Below, in pieces: positions 53,533 through 64,000 of a stretch of DNA of 64,000 bases; the first letter of the stretch is position 1; every line of letters starts with the position of its first letter. Below the pieces are notes generated by a model. It was not told the origin of the DNA. It saw nothing but the letters and a program-made list of their open reading frames with translations, and made no database searches. The stretch comes from Camelus ferus (lineage: Eukaryota): NCBI RefSeq assembly GCF_009834535.1, contig NC_045697.1, positions 64,172,001-64,236,000 of the forward strand, in the 5' to 3' direction. Position numbers and translations under genes: made by a program.

Positions 53533-53672
53533 GTGTTTCGATGATACCATGACTGAATTCACTAAAATTTATGTCACAACTTATATCCTGGTCATCACCG
53601 TCTTTCAAACTTTCATTAGACACCGTGGGGAGGCCTTCCTAACAGTTCAGCTCATTCTGGCTCCTATTAGAA
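53533..53672 (+). pseudogene. Candidate exon (SUEL-like C-terminus)
   Basis: Acceptor tcctcttcccactcctgag. Stop-free CFDDTMTEFTKIYVTTYIL..., which aligns by eye with the SUEL motif FGDPCPGTYKYLEVTYTC. Confidence 0.45.
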
Positions 53673-55149
53673 GTATCCTCATATCAAATTTGCAAGAAAT
53701 TGATAAAGGAAGTGTACTATGCTAGTTTTTACACATTAAAATCTGAGGCTCATAATTATTAGGTTATTTTCCCCATAACTTTTGGGTTTATAACTGAGTG
53801 CTTTATCTAATATATTTCACAATAACAGAATCCTCTAGTAAACTAAATCATTAGGAGGTTTGGAAAATGGCTCAAACATTTTGATACATCTTGGAAGCAA
53901 ATATCAAATTTGTTATAACATTTCTCTAATTCTCAACTTGACAGGAGGTAAAATAGAGTCTCAAATATAAAATGATAATTTGCTACTATTTTGCTTTAAT
54001 AAAAATGAATAGAGAATTTTTTAATCTAGTATTATATAAAATGACATTCTCATTTTTTTAATAAAATATTATGTTTATAAATTATGTGTTCATAAATTTT
54101 TGGAAGAAGTGGTAAGAGAGCCTACAATTCAGAGAAGTGAAATTTTCTTGTATTCTCCATCATTTTATACAATGAATTTATCTCCAACTTATCAGGAAAA
54201 TATTCTTGTTCTAAGAACTCAAACTGCAAAAGAACATAATAGCATATTTTGATTCTCAGTTATTGCTTAATAAAACATTCTTTTTTTAATTTAAATATTC
54301 TTTCTTTAGCCATGTATCTTTATACACACCCGCAATAAATTGTTTTAAGATGACTACAAAGGAAAGATTTCTTTGGAATAAATTCTGTTCAAGATGTGAA
54401 ATAACTAAGGTGCCATTGAAAAAAGAAATTAAAAATAGCTAAGAATATCTTTGTTTCAATTATTTTTGTTTTTATTATTTTGGTTGGGATTTTATACAGT
54501 GATTAATAAGATTAGTAGAATTAATTGTTCTATTTGTAAAATTGACCTTAGCAGAAATGAACACTTAAAATATATAAAGTATTTCCCTGTTAGGGAAGAC
54601 ATCTTGCTACCCTACATAAATGAAGTTCAGTATTGTTTTCCCATTATCACACAAATCAGCCCAAAATTTTCTCTACTGTCTGCAATCTATTCAGAGCTAA
54701 AGTAATCACATATAAGATGATAAATTGGCACCTTCAGGATTAAACTATGGTGTAATTCTTTTTTTGCACATTCCTTATATGATTATAGAGATAATAAAAT
54801 GAAAAATAAAAGCACTACTTATTCAGAACCTAAGCAGCATGCCCCTTTCAGATATCTTACTCACCTCACCTTGTTTAATCTTTATAATATTTCTGCTTAA
54901 GATACTACTTGAATTCTGCATTGGATTGTTATATGTACATCAAATAATGAATGTGAGGAAAGTATATGTGCTTTCATACTTGCTCTAGTCCTTATGTTCT
55001 CCTTAGGAAACAGATGCCTACCCTTTATTAGGCAATTACTTTTACCAAATATGTGTGTATATATATATATATAATTATCATCATTTTATAAACATGGTTT
55101 CAAGGTCTTACAGGCTCTATTGTTACATTTTTATTTAATATTAAAAATA

Positions 55150-55730
55150 ATGGGAAACTATGGAAGATTTTAAAAAAGGAAGCAACTAGTCATGGTAAAA
55201 TAAATTTTAGGCAGTTTAACGGATGATAACTGAGGAGATGATTTAGGAAGTTATTGCAATAATGCAGGCCTGAGACAATGGTGCTGTGAACTAGTATGGT
55301 AGCAGTCAAGATGGAGATATGTAAATAGAATACAGTCATATTTGAATTTAGAGTCACAAAGACTGGATGTGGAAGGGAAGGAAAGAAAATTTCAGATTTC
55401 AGATTTGGGAGTTAGGAATTTCAGATGTTTGTGGGACAGCCACATGGAATGTCAAATTTAAAATTGGGTATGTAAATCTAAGGGTGTCTTTGCCTGAAGG
55501 TAAAATTTTAGGACCTTTTAAGCTGACAAATGATTTTTAAAATCACTAATAGTAAATGGAATCACCTAAAAGTGATTTGTGGAGAGAAAAAAGAAGAAAA
55601 TACAGGACATAGCCCTGAGGCAATTTGATATAGGTAAGAAGAAACCAGTAAAGAAGACAGGAGAATCTGTCTGAAAGAGGAAATTTGGAAGAGTGGAGCG
55701 TCACTATGAAGAAAAATATATGCTGGGTTA
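55150..55730 (-). mobile_element. L2 fragment
   Basis: L2-like ttaggaagttattgcaataatgcaggcctgagacaatggtg...ggatgtggaagg. Confidence 0.6.
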
Positions 55731-55933
55731 ATGAGGAAAATAGTTAAAGAAAAATCCAAGGCAGAGATTAAAAGAATGATTAAAAAAAAAAAAACTCTAC
55801 TGAAAAAGTAACGGTATTTGAGATACAAAGGGGATCCAAAAATACTATGAGACAGAAGAAAATCTGTCTCAGTGTTAAGTAGTAACAGACGTATGTACTA
55901 TTACAGTAATTTGTTTCTCTCTGTTGTTGCAAG

Positions 55934-56036
55934 ATACTATATCTAGAGAGGACATGGCCATCACAGAGAGCAGCGCACTGCTACTGGAGATGATGAGAGT
56001 TTACAGGGACATAACACACCTGCACTGCAGATCCAG
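55934..56036 (+). pseudogene. Candidate exon (helical, possibly GAIN-like)
   Basis: Long pyrimidine tract plus AAG acceptor and a strong donor CAG|GTAGGA. Reads TISREDMAITESSALLLEMMRVYRDIT..., stop-free. Confidence 0.5.
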
Positions 56037-56717
56037 GTAGGAGCAAAGGTCAAAGAAAGAAAACTGCTAATATTTTGTGGGTTTTTTTTTCCCTAGGGTG
56101 AATTAAGTACACTCTGTGTGACTACAGAACTACCTGTTTGATTTTTGCAAAAGTGTTTATCAAGTGTTTACTATAGTCATCTACTATTGGCTTAGTCTTT
56201 TGCACTGTGCTGTATAGAACTTGAGGAAAAATACTTTTCAAAATCAGTATCCTCAGTCCCTAACTCTGTGTGGTTCATAGGATCATTCGTTAAATGTTTG
56301 TTAACTGAATGATACATGAAAGCACAACTGGGATATTTATCTTTTGTTTTAGCCCAAATGATTAGGTCAAGAAACAGCAGCGGTAATTTTAAGGACATTT
56401 ATTTTAAATCTAGACAAGACAGATAATTCAAATACTTAGAAAAATCTAAAAATGGAGAACTGCATATTTTATGATCATTTAAGTTTACTTCTATCCTAAT
56501 ATTACATGATATTATTTCTGGTCTTTAATATTCTCAATGTGACATGACACAGTTTCTAGGCTTCAAAAAGTTAACGGAGTTTGAGAAGAAGAAGAGTAGG
56601 TCTTATAAAAAGCACTAAGAACATGAAAAAATAAAGAATGAAGAGAAAATGTGTATGGGTTAATGTCTGATTAGATGCTATTAGAAGTTCATTAAGAAAA
56701 TATCTATTGATTCAAAG

Positions 56718-58557
56718 AGAGGAACTGCAGCCAAGGCGGTAGAGGAAAAAGACCCTGAACTCAGCTTCTCTCACGAGCACTACAAAATCACAACTGTCTA
56801 TAGAATAACTGCCCATAAAGAAGACTGGAACCTATAAGAAAAGAATTTCCACAGCTAAAGACACAAAGAAGGAGCCACAACAAGACTGGGAGGTGAGGCA
56901 GATTCCTGATACAATCAAATCCCATACCCTACGGGGGGAGACTCACAAACAGGAGAAATGACATTGCAGAGGTTCTCCCACAGAAGCAAGAGTTCTGAGC
57001 CCCATGTCAGCCTCCCCAGCCCAGGGGTCCAGAACCACCAGGAAGACCAACTCCCAGTTTGCAGGGCTTAACTGCAGGAGCCCCACAGGGCTAGAGGAAA
57101 CAGAGGCTTCACTCTTAAAGGATGCACACAAAATCTCACATGCACTGGGACATGGGGCAAAAGAAGTCATTTGATAGGACCCTAAACAGTAACCAGCAGC
57201 ATCTGCACAAGGCGGGGCCTGGCAACTAACCACATCTGGGAACCACCAGATCACCCATATAGTTAGCCCACTACCACAGAAAGGCCAGCATAGCCCTCTT
57301 AGGGTGAAAGCGTGAGCATATAGCTTGGGTGACGAGAAGGGAGTGCACTGCTGGGACACATAGCATACTTCCTACAGAGGGCCACTTCTCCAAAGGCAAG
57401 AAACATAACTAACCTACCACATATTTAAAAATACAAATAGCAACTTAGACAAAATGAGGTGGCAAAGGTATATGTTTCAGACAAAAAGGACAAGATAAAA
57501 TCCCAGAACTAAGTGAAGCAGAGATAGGCAATACCCAAGAAAGAGTTCAGAGTAATGATTGTAAAGATGATCAAAGAACTCGAGAGAAGAATGGATGCAC
57601 AGAACGAGGAGTTAGAAGTTTTTAACAAGGAGTTAAAAAATGTAAAGGGCAACCAAACTGAAATGAAGAATACAATAATTGAAATGAAAAGTCACTGGAA
57701 GGAATCAACAATAGAATAAATGATTCAGAAGAATGGATCAGTGAGCTGGAAGACAGAGTAATGGAAATCACTGCAGCTGAACATACAGAAGAAAAAAGAA
57801 TTTAAAGAAATGAGGATGGTTTAAGAGACCTCTGGGACAACATCAAGCACACTAATACTTGCATTATAGGGGTCCCAGAAGGAGAAGAGAGAGATAAAGG
57901 GCCTGAAAAAAATATTTGAAAAGATAATAGCTGAAAACCTCCCTAACCTGGGGAAGGAAACAGTCACACAAGTCCAGGAAGCACAGAGAATCCTATACAG
58001 GATCAGCCCAAAGAGGAACACAACAAGATACTATACATAGAAAATCCTAAAGACGCCACCAGAAAACTACTAGAGCTCATCCATAAATCTGGTAAAGTTT
58101 TAGGATACAAAAATAATACACAGAAATCTGTTGCATTTCTATACACTAAAAACAAAATATCAGAAAGAGACATTAATGAAAAAATCCCATTTTACTATTG
58201 CATCCAAAAGAGTAAAATATCTAGGAATAAACCTACCTTGGAGACAAAAAATCTGTACTCTGAAAAGTACAAGACACTGATGAAAAAAAATAATAAAACT
58301 AAAAGTAGAGTTACAATATGATCCAGCCTTTCCAGATACATTCCTGGGCATGTATCTGGAGAAAATTCTAACTAGAAAAGACACATGCATGCACACCAGT
58401 GTTCATAGCAGCACTATTTACAACAATAGCCAAGACATGGAAGCAACTTAAATGTCATTGATTAATAAATGAATAGATAAAGATGTGGTTGGTGGATAGA
58501 TAGATAGATAGATGTGAGAGAGAAAGAGATGGGGGGTGGATGGATAGATAGATAGAT

Positions 58558-58601
<44 letters not shown>

Positions 58602-58970
58602 TAATGGAATATTACTGAGCCATAAAAAGAATGAAATAATGCCGCAGCAGCATGGATGGACCTAGAGATCATCATACTAAGTGACATAGACAGAGAAAGA
58701 CAAATATATGAAATCACTTATATGTGGAATCTAAAAAAAAAAATGATACAAAATAAGTTATTTACAAAACAGAAATAGACTCACAGACATAGAAAACAAA
58801 CTTATGGTTACCAAAGTGGAAAAGGAAGGGGATAAATTTGGAATTTGTGATTAATAGATACATACTACTATGTATAAAATAGATAAACAATAAGGGCCTA
58901 CTGTACAGCACAGGAAACTTTAGGCAATATCTTGTAATAACCTATAGTGGAAAAGAATCTGGAAAAGATT
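56718..58970 (+). mobile_element. L1 retaining its 5' end, with two large internal deletions
   Basis: 5'UTR and ORF1 5' half to ~58030, a jump to ORF2 (ctatacatagaaaatcctaaagac), then a jump to the 3'UTR at ~58295. The extreme 3' end is missing. Confidence 0.9.
58494..58600. repeat. (GATA)n microsatellite in the L1 3'UTR
   Basis: Direct observation. Confidence 0.95.
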
Positions 58971-59094
58971 TGTGACCAAATTTGACTCTCACCCAATACA
59001 CCACATTCAATGCCGCTGTTCCTATTTCTATTACTTGGTATTCTGCAGAGCCATCTTAATCTTTGATTTACCTTCTTTCCTCAAAACCTTCAGT

Positions 59095-60260
59095 CAATGC
59101 TCATTCATTTACTTGATTTATGAATATATTTTTATTGTGTCACCTATGTGCCAGGTAGTATTCTTGAGATACATCAGTGAACATAAGAGACAAAATACTT
59201 TTGCTCAGGAGGTACTTCCACTCTATTGTGGGTGTGAGAAATAGACCATAAACAATAAATATTAAAAATGAAATTATAATAAACGTTAAAATTGATAATT
59301 GCTATAAGAGCAGAATAAAGGGGTTAAGAATGGGCAAGTAAATTCATAGCAGGAGAAGTATTTTGCCATGAGATGAATTTTACCTTGAGTTTCATCCATA
59401 TCTGATGTAGATGATATTTAGATAAGACTGGACTTTAGAGTTGATGCTGGAATGAGTTAAGATTTTTGGAACTGTTGGATGGCATGAATATAGTTTGCAT
59501 GTGAGAAAGACAAGAATTGGTGTGGGGACTGGGGCAGAATACAATGGACTAGATGTTTGTATCCTCGTTTTCACATGTGGAAACCCCAACCCCCAACATA
59601 TATGGGACTTTGGAAGAATAATTAGGTCATGAGAGTGGATTAGTGCCATTCTAAAAGGGACTAGAGAGCTCTCATCCTCTTTCCAACACATGAGGTTGCC
59701 AGGAGAAGAATGCAATTCAGAATAGGGCTCTCACCAGCACCCAACTATGTTGACACACTGGTCTCAGATTTTTAGCCTTCAGAACTGTAAGAAATAAGTT
59801 TCTGTTGTTGGTAATTTGTTATAGCAACCTGAACTAAGTTAGGAGGGTAGACTTTCATTTGAAATAGAATGGTCAGGGCAGAGCTCATTGAGCAAAGGAA
59901 GGTAGGAGAAGATGAAGGCATAACCTCATTGATATGTGGGGGAAGAACAGTTCATGAAAAGAAGAGAGCTCAGTTTAAAAGCTAGGAGTTTCTGAGAAAC
60001 ATCAAGGAGGCTATCACACCTAAAACAGAGTAAGTTGGAGGTAAAGACTTTGGAGGGGAAATCTGAGACATAACAGTGACCAGGTCTTGTATAGGCTCAT
60101 AGACCATGAAAGACATACCCTATGTTGTTTTTACACAGAGGAATCGTTATTGGAGGGTTTTGAGCAAAACAATGTCGAGAGTTGAATTACATTTTGGAAG
60201 AATCACTTTATTTGCTATGTTGAGAACAAAAAACAGTGGGGATGGGGTGGGTGATAATGA
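59095..60260 (-). mobile_element. L2 3' region interrupted by a MaLR element
   Basis: L2 tail motif tcattcattt...tttattg...acctatgtgccagg. L2-like sequence resumes at ~59845. Confidence 0.7.
59365..59840 (+). mobile_element. MaLR internal 3' end, polypurine tract and LTR (MLT1A-like)
   Basis: MaLR-int motif ggactttagagttgatgctggaatgagttaagat, PPT ggggactggggcagaa, and an LTR from ~59539 ending tttgttatagcaacctgaactaag. Confidence 0.8.
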
Positions 60261-61589
60261 TGAAAAAGGAACAAAATTTCCATTTCATTTATTTCCATTT
60301 TAAGTCCACATAATCAATGTCATAATCTATTCACTTTGCAATTAATTTTTTTCTACTTTCAATGTAATTTAAATCTCAGGTTGTATTTTTCTTTTACTGT
60401 ATTATCTGCTGCCAGTATTGGTAACTCTAACATCCACTTTGATCATCTGGCTAACATCAAAGATCCCTAACTTGTTTTACTCCATTGATATTTATTCACA
60501 TTGCACCCTGGCCATATGCTAAATCTTGGAAACACAAAACGTTTTCCACCTCTGAGATAGTGAATTTATTCTAACAAGAGTTCTTATCTCATCTTCCAAG
60601 ATTATTGCTGCTTTTGGATTAAATCATCAGAACCGACCCTGATATATGTTCCTAAAGTTTGCCAAGATTGTTAACATCCCCTAGCATTAAGAAATTACAC
60701 CTTGATGTAAAGTTTAGACTCAGTTGTAACAAACACATTCTTAGTACCATCCTTGTCAAATTATTAATGTCATTTCCCGGCTTTTAATCACTTATGCAAT
60801 ATTTAATCTGAAGTGTTTTCTAAACCTTGAATTTAGGGTTCAGACAAAAACCTATCAGTGTTAATTAAAGTATGGAGTGAGATAATGGACTTGGTTTAAA
60901 ATAGAGCATCATATTTTTAAATTCATTGCTCCATTTCTGCTGCCCCTGTACTCCCAGTACCAAAGCCAAGATTCTATGTCCAGAATGTTTTGTCCTGAGG
61001 AGATAATATAAGAGAAGTATGAGAACATGGGCAACATGAATTCCACTGCAGCATTATTCATAAGAGACAATGGATACAAACTAAATGTGAAGCAGTGGAA
61101 GACAATAATTATGTTACATCAAATTATTGGACTATTATGCAGACATTAAAAGTGACAGTTAAAAAATTCTGCATCACCTTGAAAAATGATTTTGATATAT
61201 AAAATTTTAAAACTTAATACTCTATCTTTTCAATAATTGCTAATTTGTAAAAAGTATGTATGTGGTCAAAAACTGGAATGAAGTTCTGAAAATAGAAATA
61301 TGATTTGTTAAACTGGTTAGTTTACTTGTGATATTTTTCTATAGTTTTCATTTTTATAATATCTCTGTAACAATATTTAAGAGCATTAAGGAAATATCTT
61401 AAAGTTACATACTTACATGATTTGGGGGATAATTTACGTAGTTGAATATATAGAATTGACTAGATCCAACATGTGTCTCCCTGTTCATAAATAATATTTA
61501 GAATTTTAACCCTAATGTAGAAGTTCAAATCCCATCTTCCAACATTTTGTTTCTTTTGCTTCTATTATAGAGGATGCTTTTATTTTCAG

Positions 61590-61687
61590 ATTATCTATCG
61601 CATTTCAGTTACTAATGGCCCGCGAATCAGTTCTGGCACATATCCCATGTCATATACAAGTTTTACAAAATGGTTTACATATTATCA
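61590..61687 (+). pseudogene. Candidate exon (helical)
   Basis: Acceptor ttttattttcag and consensus donor GTAAGT. The chained frame LSIAFQLLMARESVLAHIPCHIQVLQNGLHII is stop-free. Confidence 0.45.
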
Positions 61688-61826
61688 GTAAGTTCACTCT
61701 TTTTGTCACTTCTAACAGGTGTGAAACAAACTCTAACACCATTTTCCCTTTAACTGATTAAAATTACTGTTATTTTGACAATTTTGTATACTTTTAGAAT
61801 CAACAGTGCTTAGATTTTGTTTACAG

Positions 61827-61991
61827 ATTATTTATGAAGAATAGTATGAAATCTCCATACCAGCTGCAATATATTGTTGAGCTCTCCAAAGAACGTTGCT
61901 ATCATTTTTCCCAGTTCCTTTGTCTTTTTTTCCTTCTGATTTTACATCAGGCCACACTGTTTTCTGGAGTAAACTCTATTGTGATTCTGAG
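61827..61991 (+). pseudogene. One or two further candidate exons
   Basis: Acceptors end at 61826 (ttttgtttacag) and 61950 (ttccttctgattttacatcag). Peptides LQYIVELSKE and ATLFSGVNSIVILR. Boundaries are uncertain. Confidence 0.25.
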
Positions 61992-63894
61992 GTTTCTCCA
62001 AGTGAAAAAGGATTTATAAAATGTTTTACTCACATCTGCTTTCTTCAAAATACTCAAGCTACTTTATACACTGCCTTTTTTGATCCAAAAACCTCAACAC
62101 AAAATAATACTGTATTCTATTTGTATCTTTTCATATACTTAATAAACTTGCAGATGTGTTGGCTTAGGTTTTTGTATTCATTATATCACTCAATATATAA
62201 ATTGTACCCACTACTTAACAGTTTAAATAAACAATAGTTAATTGAACCAATTATATTGGATTATTGAGTTCAGTTTGGTAGAAACCCAAGCAGAGATATA
62301 AAATTTCTAAATAACAATATTAGAGAATAATAAGAAGTCTTCTAATTTATCCATCAAAGACTGGCTTTACAAAATAAGTATAAAAGTATAAAATTTTAAT
62401 TATTTTCAAAAGATACCTTACCTGTCAAAAATGTATTTTTGAGTTGTTAGCATGTGTAAAATTATTTCAGTTTTAGTTGCAATGCATCAGAATTCCCTAG
62501 AAGCCTAATTTAAGACATGAGGCTTTTCAAGAAAATCATAAGTGTTTCAAAACTATTAAATGTCAAGCCAGATAACATACACCATGGAGTCTATGTTGTG
62601 AAATTTGGACAAAGGAATGTTCTGTCCCATAGCTTCCAATGGTTCCAGTCATGTCTGAGAGCATCGGTGGCCATGCTGCCTGACATGTGACTTTGCTTCT
62701 GTGACCACAGCCAGCTGGGCCAAGGGAGAGCATTAGCCTCGAGGGAAGATCAACCACATGCTGATTGGTGGACTTTATAAAATTTCTCAGTAATGAATGT
62801 TTTAGCTGACAAGGGAGAGGTGACTAAGTTAAACCTGTAAGAGTCTTTCAGTGAGGGATTTAAAAGTGTTATGCAAACCCAGTATTTACTAGCAGCTGCT
62901 CAAGCTGAAAGAAGAAAAGGATATCAGACACTGCACAGGGAAAGAAAGATGAAATTAATCATCTTTATACTATGAGCACTACTGCTAGTAGTAATAATGT
63001 ATAGAAATAGCTGGTGAACAGCAACAGGAGCTGAGAGGGAGCATGTAAATCACATAAATGATGCAATACAGAAATGAAGAGGAAACTTTCACAGCTGATT
63101 CTTTAGCACGATAATATCTCAGGGTATCTTGGCAACTCTAGATTCTGAATTGCCTCCTGGTTTCCATCATCTAGTTTTCAAAAGCTATGCCTGTACTGCA
63201 GTTTTGAATTTCATTTGCATGTCCTGATCTACCTACTATTCCTGGATTCCCACAAGGCCTTGCTATAACAAGGAAATTAGCTTTCTCCTCATTTTATTGT
63301 ATAGTTTTTAACCAAATCCCTTTTTCTAATCTAAGTAACTTGATATCTAAAGAAGCTTCATACAGATTTCAGCTAATCTAAGGAGAGTTAATATCTTTCC
63401 ATATTCCATGGTCCTTAGTCAAAAGTATGACACCAAACTTACTTCAGCTAGAAGTAAAACATCACAGAGAACATAGTTGTAAGGTACAATACAATCTACT
63501 GGATATAACTTTACAAATGTTACTACCCCAACCATTTTCGCAATAAATCAAATTTTTATAATTGAATTGTTTAATAACAGAGCTCAAATACATACATAAT
63601 TCCTCACGTTGCAGAGAATAATTGTACTTGTACCTAACCACTTTGAAAATAATTCATAAACATCTAGGATGTCACTTTAAGAAGCACATCAAGAAAAAAC
63701 TATGAATAAATAAAATCCTTTGGTATTAGGAATTGTCACCAGTAGTGAGAAGAAATACATCATATAAGATCAAGGAAACGTACAGTGACTTTATAGTGTT
63801 AAAAGATAAACGGAGGCATATTAAAATTTTTAAGTTTTTTTTTTTTGAGGAAAAACTGATTTTAATTGGGCAGCATCCAATCTAGCAGATAGAA

Positions 63895-64000
63895 AAGAGA
63901 AAGAAAAATAACATATAATATCATTCATATGTGGAATCAAAAAAAAAAAAAGACACAAATTAACTTATCTACAAATCAGAGACAGACTCACAGACATAGT
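63895..64000 (+). mobile_element. L1 3'UTR fragment running off the window end
   Basis: atatgtggaatcaaaaaa...acagactcacagacatag, homologous to 58720-58790. Confidence 0.75.

Larger units (their letters stand above)
33..61991 (+). pseudogene. Putative decayed multi-exon gene: C-type-lectin-like x3, S/T-rich stalk, SUEL-like lectin, then helical (possibly GAIN-like) region. Probably extends beyond the window.
   Basis: About 14 AG...GT-bounded blocks in non-repeat DNA. The phases chain from 35262 to 61687, and five of the eight blocks from 40392 onward are stop-free in the chained frame. Motif remnants: CDQSWVAIRGS, NFICV, SICEF, NATLVC and FDDTMTEFTKIYVTTY. Other blocks carry in-frame stops. 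Confidence 0.55.

Overview
AT-rich, repeat-dense mammalian genomic DNA. It is probably camelid: it has cetartiodactyl-type L1 3' ends but no recognisable ruminant, whale, pig, carnivore, horse or primate SINEs. About half the window is decayed transposable elements: two near-full-length L1s, several truncated, inverted or internally deleted L1s, a Tigger1, a Tigger1-derived MITE, MER81, MaLR LTRs, five ERV solo LTRs and L2/MIR fragments. No intact protein-coding gene is visible, and most supplied ORFs are TE remnants or chance. The unique sequence holds about 14 plus-strand exon-like blocks with AG/GT borders and chaining phases. They translate, with stops and probable frameshifts, into remnants of C-type-lectin-like domains, a Ser/Thr-rich stalk, a SUEL/galactose-lectin-like domain and helical segments. 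I interpret this as a decayed gene for a large lectin-type receptor (PKD1L2-like or adhesion-GPCR-like), which I cannot name from sequence alone. TE family names and domain calls come from recalled consensus motifs, not from searches.
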